A DNA stretch of 54,401 nt, taken from NCBI GenBank assembly GCA_003696725.1, contig RFGI01000055.1, positions 1-54,401 of the forward strand, in the 5' to 3' direction. Shown here piece after piece: positions 28,536 through 36,785 of this stretch; the stretch's first letter is position 1; each line of letters begins with the position of its first letter. The notes under the pieces are model-generated. The model did not search any database and was not told where the DNA came from. It worked only from the letters and a program-made list of their open reading frames with translations. Position numbers and translations under genes: made by a program. Source of the stretch: Planctomycetota bacterium. GTDB taxonomy: Bacteria > Planctomycetota > Phycisphaerae > Phycisphaerales > UBA1924.

Positions 28536-28885
28536 TGGCCCGCCCGCCGACCATCGCCCAAAGCCGAGCCGTCGCCGTGAAGCTGGCGTTCGTGCTCGCG
28601 GTGTGCCTGGCAATGGGGCTGGGCGTGCTCTCGGCTCGTCAGCGTCGGCTCGCCGCGGCGAACGAGCTTGCACGGTTGCACGACCTGATCGCCGAGCGTC
28701 AGCGGGTCGTGCTGACCCTCAGGGCCGAGATCATGCATCGGGCGGCGCTGCCGCGCGTGCGGGCCGCCGCCGCCCGGGCGGGATTGACGGCGCCGGCGCT
28801 CGCCCCCAACCGCGTCATCGGGCCGGCGGGGCCGGAGTTCGCGCGCCTGCGCGACGCGGCGGTCCCGGGGATGGTGGTGGAATGA
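28535..28885 (+). CDS. ftsL: FtsL-like cell-division protein (single TM plus coiled coil)
   Basis: 116 aa with a TGATG overlap to the LysM gene and an ATGA overlap to ftsI. It has a TM helix, a heptad-like region and ALPRVRAAAARAGLTAP, which resembles the FtsL C-terminal motif. It occupies the canonical position between rsmH and ftsI. Confidence 0.65.
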   Translation: MARPPTIAQSRAVAVKLAFVLAVCLAMGLGVLSARQRRLAAANELARLHDLIAERQRVVLTLRAEIMHRAALPRVRAAAARAGLTAPALAPNRVIGPAGPEFARLRDAAVPGMVVE

Positions 28886-30735
28886 CCGGGGGCCCGCACG
28901 CGAGAATCCGGGGCGTGGGGCTCGCCGTGGCGCTGGGGATGACGGCGCTGGCCGTCGTCGTCATCGCCCGGGTGGTGCAGCTCCAGGCGGCGCCGGGCGA
29001 CCGGCTCCGGCCATTCCTGACCGACGGGCAGTCCAGCCGCGCCGAGCCCGCGCCTCGTGGCGACATCCTCGACCGGCTCGGCCGGCCCATCGCCACCACG
29101 GCGTTCGGCTGGCGCCCGTTCGTCGACCCGACCCGCTTCCCCTCGCCGCCGGACGCCGCGATCGCCCGGCTGGCCGAGGCCCTCGGCGCGCCGGCCGAGC
29201 GGATCGGCGAACGCATCATCGAGCGTGTGGTCCGCAACGCTCGGCGGGCCGAGCTCGGCGAGGGACCGATCCGCTACGTGTCCATCGGGGGGCCTCTGGA
29301 CGATTCGCGGCTCGAAGCCGTGCGCCGGCTCTCGATCCCCGGCGTGCATCTGGAGCGCGTGCCGGTGCGCCGTGTCGCGGCGACGCCGGACCTTGCGCCC
29401 GTGGTCGGGCTGGTCGGCGCCGAGGGGCGCGGGCTCACCGGCGCCGAACTCGCGTTCGACGACCGGCTCGCGCCGGCGCCCGGGTCGCTGCGGTACACAC
29501 GCGACGCCCGCGGCCGGCCCCTGTGGGTCGAGGTGGGCTCGTACAGGCCGCCCGCGCCGGGGGGCGACGTCCGGCTGAGCGTGGATCTCACGATTCAGGC
29601 CATCGCCGTGGAGGAGCTGACCCGCGGGATCGGGGAAGCCGACGCCGCCGGGGGGCGTGTGGTCGTGGTGGACCCGGCGACCGGGGACGTGCTGGCTCTG
29701 GCCGATCTCGTGCGCCGCCCGCCGGACGCCGTCGCGTTCGACGCCGCGCTGATCGACCACGATACGGGCCGAGGCCCGAGGTTCCTCCTCATCGACGGCG
29801 GCCACCAGCCCGCGGACCGGCCGGCGCTGCGCCGCATCCGCTGCGTCGAGGACGTCTACGAGCCGGGCTCGACGTTTAAGCCGTTTGTCTGGTCGGCGGT
29901 GACCGAGCGCGGGCTGATGCGGCCCGGCGACACGGTCGACACCCACCGCGGCCGCTGGCGCACGCCATACGGCCGGCCTCTGGAGGACGTCACGCCGCGC
30001 GATCGGCAGACCTGGCGCGAGGTCCTGCTGCATTCGTCGAACATCGGGATGGCCCAGGGCGCCGCCCGGCTCTCGCACGGGCAGCTGCGCCGCGCGGTGA
30101 TCAAGCTCGGGTTCGGTCGGCCCACGGGGCTGGGTCTGCCCGGCGAAGCGTCCGGCATCGTCACGGGCGCGGCCGACTGGTCGGACTACACCCAGACGAG
30201 CGTGGCGATGGGGTACGAGGTCGCCGTCACCCCGGTGCAGATGGCGCGGGCGTTCTGCGCGTTCGCACGGTCGGGGGACCTGGCCGGGACGCTCCCGGGG
30301 CTGCGCCTGACGGCCTCGGTCGCCGACCCCGACGCCGGGGTGGTCCACCGCGTCTTCCCCGCGCCGGTGGCGCTGGCGGCGCGCGACGCGATGCGCGGCG
30401 TCGCCGAGGCCATGGACCGCCGGATGACCGGCGCCGGGCGATTCGAGCGCCCGCCGGCCTATCCCATGTTCGGCAAGTCCGGGACGGCCAACATCCCGCG
30501 GCCCGACGGCAAGGGCTACGTCGAGGGGCAGTACATCACGTCGTTCATCGCGGGAGCGCCGGCGTCCCGCCCGCGCCTCGTGGTGCTCGTGGTGATCGAC
30601 GACCCCGGCCCGGCGCTGGCGGCCAAGAGACAGCACTACGGCTCATGGACGGCCGGGCCCGTCGTCCGCCGGATCGTCGACCGCGTCCTGCTCTACCTGG
30701 GCGAGGCGCCCACGGCGCTGCCCGCCGGCGGGTGA
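28882..30735 (+). CDS. ftsI: class B penicillin-binding protein (peptidoglycan D,D-transpeptidase, FtsI/PBP2-type)
   Basis: 617 aa with an N-terminal TM anchor. Motifs are STFKPF (SxxK), HSSN (SxN) and KSGTA (KTG-like). Confidence 0.92.
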   Translation: MTGGPHARIRGVGLAVALGMTALAVVVIARVVQLQAAPGDRLRPFLTDGQSSRAEPAPRGDILDRLGRPIATTAFGWRPFVDPTRFPSPPDAAIARLAEALGAPAERIGERIIERVVRNARRAELGEGPIRYVSIGGPLDDSRLEAVRRLSIPGVHLERVPVRRVAATPDLAPVVGLVGAEGRGLTGAELAFDDRLAPAPGSLRYTRDARGRPLWVEVGSYRPPAPGGDVRLSVDLTIQAIAVEELTRGIGEADAAGGRVVVVDPATGDVLALADLVRRPPDAVAFDAALIDHDTGRGPRFLLIDGGHQPADRPALRRIRCVEDVYEPGSTFKPFVWSAVTERGLMRPGDTVDTHRGRWRTPYGRPLEDVTPRDRQTWREVLLHSSNIGMAQGAARLSHGQLRRAVIKLGFGRPTGLGLPGEASGIVTGAADWSDYTQTSVAMGYEVAVTPVQMARAFCAFARSGDLAGTLPGLRLTASVADPDAGVVHRVFPAPVALAARDAMRGVAEAMDRRMTGAGRFERPPAYPMFGKSGTANIPRPDGKGYVEGQYITSFIAGAPASRPRLVVLVVIDDPGPALAAKRQHYGSWTAGPVVRRIVDRVLLYLGEAPTALPAGG

Positions 30736-30742
30736 GCGCCGT

Positions 30743-32191
30743 TCACCCGGCGAGCTTGTCCAAACCGAGCTGCTTCATCTTCTTGTAGAGCGTGGTTCGG
30801 TTGATGGAGAGCTGCCGGGCGGTCTCCTGGCGGTTCCAGCCGTTGGCGCGCAGGGCCTTGAGGATGATCCGCCGCTCGGGCTCGAGGAGCGCCTCGGCGA
30901 GGGGGACCGGGCGCCACGGCGCGGTCGCGTCATCGATCAACGCTTCGGTCGCCGAGAGCAGGGCCCCGGGCGGGGCGTTGTCGGCGACGGCCCGGGGCAG
31001 ATCGTCAACCGCGAGTGTGGGCGTGCGCGACAGGACCACCGCCCGCTCGATCGCGTTGGAGAGCTCGCGCACGTTCCCGGGCCAGGGGTAGCGGCGCAGG
31101 GCGTCGAGCGCCTCGTCGGTCAGGCCCGTCACCTGCTTGCCGGCCTCGCGGGCGTGCTCGCGGATGAAGTGCTCGGCGAGGGGCGCGATGTCGCCGGGCC
31201 GGTCGCGCAGGGGCGGCACGTCGATCCGCACCACGTTGACGCGGTAGTACAGGTCCTGCCGGAACTCGCCCGCGGCGACGAGGTCCTCCAGCGGCTGGTT
31301 GCTCGCCAGGACCACTCGGGCGTCGACCTCGACGGTCCGTGTCGAGCCGACCGGCTCGAAGGTCCGCTCCTGGAGCACGCGCAGGAGCTTGAGCTGCATC
31401 GCGGCCGACGCGGAGTTGATCTCGTCGAGGAAGATCGTCCCGCCGTCGGCGGCGAGGAACTTGCCGCGCTTGTCGGCGTGGGCCCCGGTGAAGGCGCCCT
31501 TGACGTGCCCGAACAGCTCCGATTCCAGCAGCGTCTCGGGGATCGACCCGCAGGCGATCTCGACGAAGGGCTTGTCCCGGCGGGGGCTGCGGCGGTGGAT
31601 GGCGCGGGCGACCAGGCTCTTGCCCACGCCGCTCTCGCCGGTCATCAGCACCGTGGTGCGCGAGGGGGCGACGGCCTCGATCAGGTCGTAGATGCGCAGC
31701 ATCCGGTGGTCGTGGCCGACGATGTTGTCCAGGCCGAAACGTTCGTCGAGCTGGGTCTTGAGGGCGTGGTTCTCGGCGCGGAGGGCTTGCTGGCGGAGGG
31801 CCTTCTCGAGGCACATCCGGAGCTCGTCGTCGATGACGGGTTTGGTGAGGTAGTCCGCGGCGCCCCGCTTGATCGCCGTCACCGCCGACTGGATCGTGCC
31901 GTACCCCGTGAGGATGACGACGACGGTCTCGGGCGAGGCCTCGGCGATCGCGTCGAGCGTGTCCAGCCCGGACTGATCGGGCAGCGAGAGATCGCAGATC
32001 GCCACCCGGACCGGGTCGCGATCGGCGGCGTCGCGCACGGCGTTGAGGGCCTCGGCGCCGGTGGCGCACGTCGAGGCCCGGCAGCCCTCACGATCCAGGA
32101 ACTCCGCGAGCGAGTCCGCCACGATCGGGTCGTCGTCCACCACCAGCACGTGCGGCCGGCGGTCTGCGGGGCTGCGCGCCGGGTCGCTCAT
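30743..32191 (-). CDS. sigma-54-dependent NtrC-family response regulator (REC, AAA+ and Fis-type HTH domains)
   Basis: 482 aa. It has a receiver Asp context (AICDLSLPD), Walker A GESGVGKS, the GAFTGA sigma-54 contact loop and a C-terminal HTH. Confidence 0.93.
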   Translation of the reverse strand: MSDPARSPADRRPHVLVVDDDPIVADSLAEFLDREGCRASTCATGAEALNAVRDAADRDPVRVAICDLSLPDQSGLDTLDAIAEASPETVVVILTGYGTIQSAVTAIKRGAADYLTKPVIDDELRMCLEKALRQQALRAENHALKTQLDERFGLDNIVGHDHRMLRIYDLIEAVAPSRTTVLMTGESGVGKSLVARAIHRRSPRRDKPFVEIACGSIPETLLESELFGHVKGAFTGAHADKRGKFLAADGGTIFLDEINSASAAMQLKLLRVLQERTFEPVGSTRTVEVDARVVLASNQPLEDLVAAGEFRQDLYYRVNVVRIDVPPLRDRPGDIAPLAEHFIREHAREAGKQVTGLTDEALDALRRYPWPGNVRELSNAIERAVVLSRTPTLAVDDLPRAVADNAPPGALLSATEALIDDATAPWRPVPLAEALLEPERRIILKALRANGWNRQETARQLSINRTTLYKKMKQLGLDKLAG

Positions 32192-33015
32192 GACGGCAAC
32201 GGGTAGCGGATGCGCACGTGGGCGCCGCGGCCCCCGGGGCGCACCGGGTCGTCGGGGGAGCGGGCGTCGAAGGTGAGCGCCCCGCCCAGGTCGCGCACGA
32301 TCCGCCGGGCCAGAGACAGGCCGATGCCGAACCCGTCCCGGCGTTCTGTGAACCCCGGGTCCGTGGCGCGGCGTCGGGCGGCCTCGGTCGGGCCCGGCCC
32401 GTCGTCGACGATGTCCAGCCAGACGTGCGGCTCGCCGGACTCGCCGGTGACTAGCTCGGCGACGACCTCGACCCGGCCGCCGACCTTCGACGCGGCGATC
32501 GCGTCGATCGCGTTGCGGATGACGTTCGCAAGCGCCGGATAGATCGGTCCCGCGCCGGCGAGAACCAACCTCGGCGAGACCTCCGCGAGCAGCTCGACGC
32601 GGTGCTCCTCGGCGAGGGGGCGGTGCACGTCCAGGGCGTGGGTGATGATCTCGATGAGGGGGGCGTCGGGCGCGGCCGCCAGGACATCCCCAGCCCCGGG
32701 CCGCAGCGCCGCGTGCAGGAGATCGGCCATCTGTCCGAGGGCGGCCGATGCGGTGTCCAGGCGGCTCATGACGCCCGGGTCCAGGCCCGGCGCCAGGGCC
32801 AGTTCGCCCAGGCTCCGCCGGGCCAGCGACAGCGACCGTGCCGCGCCGTCGAGCATGTTGTTCAGTTCGTGCAGGACCTCTAGCAGGCTGGCGGTGGCGA
32901 CGTCCGCGCTGAGCCCGGCCCGGGTCGAGGCCGGCCGGACAGGATCACGCCCGGAGACGGGCCTGACGCGGATGGGCTCGCGGGGCGGGTCGGCGTCGGG
33001 GTCACGCTGGGTCAT
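32188..33015 (-). CDS. soluble histidine kinase without a recognisable sensor or TM domain
   Basis: The H-box is LHELNNML, and the HATPase_c N, D/G boxes are NVIRNAIDA, DDGPG and GFGIGL. An ATGA overlap with the response-regulator gene is present. The start is uncertain: ATG 33015 or GTG 33099. Confidence 0.8.
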   Translation of the reverse strand: MTQRDPDADPPREPIRVRPVSGRDPVRPASTRAGLSADVATASLLEVLHELNNMLDGAARSLSLARRSLGELALAPGLDPGVMSRLDTASAALGQMADLLHAALRPGAGDVLAAAPDAPLIEIITHALDVHRPLAEEHRVELLAEVSPRLVLAGAGPIYPALANVIRNAIDAIAASKVGGRVEVVAELVTGESGEPHVWLDIVDDGPGPTEAARRRATDPGFTERRDGFGIGLSLARRIVRDLGGALTFDARSPDDPVRPGGRGAHVRIRYPLPS

Positions 33016-33144
33016 CGGCGTCGAACATCGACCGCCGCGGCGGGCCGCTTCATCGGCATGTTGACGCGACGCCACATCCGCCGGCGGCGGCCGGCCCACG
33101 CGGGTTGACCCCCGGCGACACCGCGCCGGTTATGGGGCGTGCCT

Positions 33145-33939
33145 CTAGAGCCCGCTCATCCGCCAGGCCGCCAGCAGGAGCAGCACCGCCAGCGCCCCCC
33201 GCATGGCGTGGATCGGCATCCGGTGGGTCAGGCTCGCACCGACCCACGCGCCGGCGATCGCGGTCGGGGAGAGCGCCGCCGCGAGGATCAGGGCGTCGGC
33301 CGGGGCCTGGTGGTGCATGGGGAGGGTGCCGATCTTGACGGCGGCGCCGACGCCCGCGGTCATGCACATCGTCGCGCTGCTGGCGGCGATGGCCTGCCTC
33401 AAGGGGAGTCGGCACAGCCGCTGCGCCAGCGGGACCGCGAGGATCCCGCCGCCGATCCCCAGCAGCCCCGCCGCCGATCCGAGCACCGCGCCGACGGTCC
33501 CCGCCCGCGCCGGCGTGACCCGCGCCGCCGCCTCGTTGTGGTCCGGGCTCTTGCGGTACACGCGCACGATCTCCTGCGCGGCGAGGTACAGGAGAAACGC
33601 CGCGAAGATCCGCCGCAGCGTGCCCCCATCCAGCTGGTTCGAGAGCCACACCCCCAAGAGGATGAAGGCCAGCCCCGCCGGGAGCAGCCACATCAGGACG
33701 GCGCGACGGACGGCGCCGGCGCGGGCGTGACGGATCGCCGCCGGCAGCGAGACCGCGACGTTGACGGCCATCGCCGCGGCTTGGAAGAGGTGCTGCGCGT
33801 CGGGCCCGCGCCCGGGGAACAGCAGGGCCAACGCCGGGATCATGATGATCGAGCCCCCGATGCCCAGCATCCCGCCGAGCGTCCCGGCGGCCAGGCCCAC
33901 CAGGGCGGTGATCACGATTTCGGTGAGATGGAGGGTCAT
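33145..33939 (-). CDS. TauE/SafE family anion (sulfite/sulfonate) exporter-like membrane protein
   Basis: 264 aa from ATG 33939 with about 8 TM helices. The family motifs GMLGIGGSIIMIPAL and GLLGIGGGILAVPL are duplicated. The rest of the 663-aa track ORF is antisense to pfkB. Confidence 0.88.
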   Translation of the reverse strand: MTLHLTEIVITALVGLAAGTLGGMLGIGGSIIMIPALALLFPGRGPDAQHLFQAAAMAVNVAVSLPAAIRHARAGAVRRAVLMWLLPAGLAFILLGVWLSNQLDGGTLRRIFAAFLLYLAAQEIVRVYRKSPDHNEAAARVTPARAGTVGAVLGSAAGLLGIGGGILAVPLAQRLCRLPLRQAIAASSATMCMTAGVGAAVKIGTLPMHHQAPADALILAAALSPTAIAGAWVGASLTHRMPIHAMRGALAVLLLLAAWRMSGL

Positions 33940-33979
33940 CGCCGCGCCGGGTCCGAGACGGGGCAGCGTACCGGTTGGC

Positions 33980-33995
33980 GCCGGTATCGTGCCGG
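33980..33995 (-). promoter_or_regulatory. weak sigma-54-like -24/-12 candidate upstream of the tauE-like gene
   Basis: The minus strand CGGCACGATACCGGC has GGCACG at -24 and GC at -12 with correct spacing, but lacks the TT of TTGC. It could occur by chance in this GC-rich DNA. Confidence 0.2.
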
Positions 33996-33996
33996 C

Positions 33997-34977
33997 ATGG
34001 CCGAGCGCCGCATCGTCACCGTCACGCTCAACCCGGCCGTGGACCGGGTGCTCGAGGCGCCGAACTTCGCCGTCGGCTCGCACATCCGCGGCCGGCGGGT
34101 GGCCCTGTACCCGGCGGGCAAGGGCGTCAACGCATCCCGGGTGCTGGCGATCCTCGGCGTCCGGTCCATCGCGACGGGCTTCATCGGGCGGGGCGAGCTG
34201 GCCATGTTCGAGGAGCACCTGGAGGAGGTCGGCGCCGGGCGCGTCGTGTGCCAGCTGCTCGTGGTGCGCGGCCGGACACGCGACAACGTCACCATCGTCG
34301 ACCCCGTCAACGACACCGAGACGCACATCCGCGAGGACGGCTTCGAGATCCAGTCGGAGGACGTCGGGCGGATCGCCTCGAAACTGGCGCTGTTGGCGCG
34401 GGAGGAGGCGATCATGGTCTTCGCGGGATCGCTCCCGCCGGGCGTGTCGTCGTCGGCGTTCGCTCACCTGATCGAGCGGTGCGCCGAGCGCGGCGCCGAC
34501 GTGGTGGTCGACACCTCGCTCGCCGGACTCGACGAGCTGCACGACCAGGGCGCGTGGCTCATGAAGCTCAACCGCGAGGAGCTGGCCGCGATGGCCGACG
34601 CCCCGACCCAGACCGAGGAGGAGGTCATCGCGGCGGCGTCGTCGCTGACCCGGCGCAGCCAGGGCCGGGTCCGGCACGTGGTGGCGACGATGGGCGCCGA
34701 CGGCGCCGTCCTCCTCGGCGAATCGATCGCTTATCGGGCCCGCGTGGGCGTCCACCCCGGACGGATCGTCTCCACCGTGGGGTGCGGGGACTGTCTGGTC
34801 GCGGGGTTGCTGGCCGGGTGGATCAGGACGGGCGACTGGAAGGCCGCCCTCCTCGAGGGCGTGGCGGTGGCCACCGCCGGCGCCGTCCGCCGCGAGGCCG
34901 GCTTTATCGACCCCGAGGACGCCGCGGAGTTCCGGCACGTGGCGGTCGTCGAGCCCATCGAGCCGCCCGCCCCCTAG
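33997..34977 (+). CDS. PfkB-family sugar kinase (1-phosphofructokinase/tagatose-6-P kinase type)
   Basis: 326 aa with IVTVTLNPAVDR, GKGVNASRVL and C-terminal GCGDCLVAG (anion hole/ATP site). Confidence 0.88.
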   Translation: MAERRIVTVTLNPAVDRVLEAPNFAVGSHIRGRRVALYPAGKGVNASRVLAILGVRSIATGFIGRGELAMFEEHLEEVGAGRVVCQLLVVRGRTRDNVTIVDPVNDTETHIREDGFEIQSEDVGRIASKLALLAREEAIMVFAGSLPPGVSSSAFAHLIERCAERGADVVVDTSLAGLDELHDQGAWLMKLNREELAAMADAPTQTEEEVIAAASSLTRRSQGRVRHVVATMGADGAVLLGESIAYRARVGVHPGRIVSTVGCGDCLVAGLLAGWIRTGDWKAALLEGVAVATAGAVRREAGFIDPEDAAEFRHVAVVEPIEPPAP

Positions 34978-35202
34978 GGCCCATGCCCCGACTGGGCGAT
35001 CAAGCCGCAAGTTGTCCTGATTCTTGGACTTCCCGCGCTTGCCGAGTGGGGCCAGGCCGGTGCGGCGTCGTCCGCATGTTTGCATGTCCCGCAGCGAGCG
35101 GGGCGCGTCGGTGACGGCGGGGTACCTTTGGCCCAACGCTCGGGCTGGCGTGTGGTGGCGCGACCCGGGCGGCGCAAGTCAAGACACGGTGGGCCACACA
35201 AG

Positions 35203-35763
35203 ATGAAGACCAGATTCCCCTTCGGCGCGACCCCCGGTCAGGCGGTGATCTTCGCCGCCGTCGCCGCGGTGGTGGCGGCCTCGGCCATCAGCGCCAAAAC
35301 GCACCGCGCCGTCGCGCCCCTGGCGATGGTCGAGACGCCCGTGCAGGCGGCGCCCCAGCCTGAGCCCCTGCCTGTGAGTGAAATCATCGAGGCCGAGCCT
35401 ACCGTTGAGGGCGTCCGGTACTTCAACGGCCGGCCCGTTCGCCCGGTCCGCACCGTGTGGATGACCGTGACGGCCTACAGCCCGGACCACCGTTCCTGCG
35501 GCGAGCACGCCGACGGGATCACCGCGAGCGCCAACTCCATCTGGACCAACGGCATGAGGCTGGTCGCCGCGGACACCGGCGTGATGCCCATGGGCACGAT
35601 GCTGTCGATCCCCGGCTACGACGCCGGCCGCGTCGTCCCCGTGCTGGACCGCGGCGGCGCCATCAAGGGCGACCGGCTGGACGTCCTGTTCCCCTCGCAC
35701 AACGAGGCCCTGCGCTGGGGCGTGCAGCGCGTGCCCGTGACGGTCTGGGACTACGCGGACTGA
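35203..35763 (+). CDS. secreted 3D (Asp-Asp-Asp, MltA/RlpA-like DPBB) domain protein
   Basis: 186 aa with a signal/anchor segment. MTVTAYSP...ADTGVMPMGT...VLDRGGAIKGDRLDV matches the 3D domain pattern. Confidence 0.8.
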   Translation: MKTRFPFGATPGQAVIFAAVAAVVAASAISAKTHRAVAPLAMVETPVQAAPQPEPLPVSEIIEAEPTVEGVRYFNGRPVRPVRTVWMTVTAYSPDHRSCGEHADGITASANSIWTNGMRLVAADTGVMPMGTMLSIPGYDAGRVVPVLDRGGAIKGDRLDVLFPSHNEALRWGVQRVPVTVWDYAD

Positions 35764-35813
35764 CGGTGCGGCCGCGGGCGGATCGGAACGGGTCAACCGC
35801 GTATGATCGATCT

Positions 35814-36785
35814 ATGATCGCCGGCACGTCGGGCGACGCCCCGCGCACGATCGAGGACCTGATCGCCCCCGGCACGATGCACCGGCTCGATCGGCTCGAT
35901 CTCCTGAGCCGCAAGGCCTTCCCCGGCCGGCTCCCCGGCGAGCGCCGCTCCAAAAAACGCGGGCGCAGCGTCGAGTTCGAGGACTACCGCCCGTACGTCC
36001 CCGGCGACGACCTGCGGCATATCGACTGGAACGTCTTCGCCCGGCTGGACCGCCTGTTCATCAAAATCTTCCTCGAGGAAGAGGACCTGGGGCTGCACCT
36101 GATCCTGGACGCGTCGGCGTCCATGCGCGCCGGCGAGCCCGACAAGTTCACCTTCGCCCAGCGCCTGGCGATGGCCCTCGGGTACCTCGGGCTGGTGGCC
36201 AACAACCGCGTGTCGATGACGGTCTTCGGGGATGGTCGGCTCCGCCGGCTGGGCGAGCGTCGCGGCCGGCGCCACGTGCAGACGCTCGGGCAGTTCATCC
36301 TGGGGCTGCCGCCGGGGAACGACGCCGACGGCGCCGACCCACGCCGCGGGCCTCGCGCCGAGACGTTCGACGAGGCCATGCGCCTCATCGCCGCCTCGCG
36401 CACCGGCAAGGGCGTGGCCGTGCTGCTGAGCGACTTCCTGTTCCACGAGGGCTACGAGGGCGGGCTGCGGTACCTCGCCGGCGGGCGCGACTGGGACGTG
36501 TACTGCCTGCAGATCCTGGCGCCGGACGAGATCGACCCGGAGCGCGCCGCGGGCGGCGTCATCGCCGGGGATCTGCGGCTGACCGACGTCGAGACGGGCG
36601 CCGACGCCGAGGTGACCGTGACCGCGGCGCTGCTGGCTCAGTACAGGCGACGGCTCGAATCGTTCTGCAACGGGCTCGCCGCGTACTGCGCCGCCCGTGA
36701 CATGACGCACCTGCTGGTGCGCACCGACACGCCGATCGAGCAGCTATTGCTCGATGATCTGCGTCAGCGAGGGATGCTGCGGTGA
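35814..36785 (+). CDS. DUF58 (vWA-like, MoxR-associated family) protein
   Basis: 323 aa with the diagnostic GERRSKKRGRSVEFEDYRPYVPGDDLRHIDWNVFAR motif followed by a vWA-like DASASM. Confidence 0.85.
   Translation: MIAGTSGDAPRTIEDLIAPGTMHRLDRLDLLSRKAFPGRLPGERRSKKRGRSVEFEDYRPYVPGDDLRHIDWNVFARLDRLFIKIFLEEEDLGLHLILDASASMRAGEPDKFTFAQRLAMALGYLGLVANNRVSMTVFGDGRLRRLGERRGRRHVQTLGQFILGLPPGNDADGADPRRGPRAETFDEAMRLIAASRTGKGVAVLLSDFLFHEGYEGGLRYLAGGRDWDVYCLQILAPDEIDPERAAGGVIAGDLRLTDVETGADAEVTVTAALLAQYRRRLESFCNGLAAYCAARDMTHLLVRTDTPIEQLLLDDLRQRGMLR

Noticed and set aside
28699-30636. A 645-aa minus-strand ORF.
   Set aside because: It is antisense to the class B PBP gene, whose SxxK, SxN and KSG motifs establish the plus frame.
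35024-35043. A sigma-54-like TTGGAC...GCTTGCC element upstream of the 3D-domain gene.
   Set aside because: The GG to GC spacing is three nt too long for a -24/-12 promoter.
33145-35136. A 663-aa ORF containing the TauE-like sequence.
   Set aside because: Only the last 264 aa are membrane-protein-like. The remainder is antisense to the pfkB-family gene.
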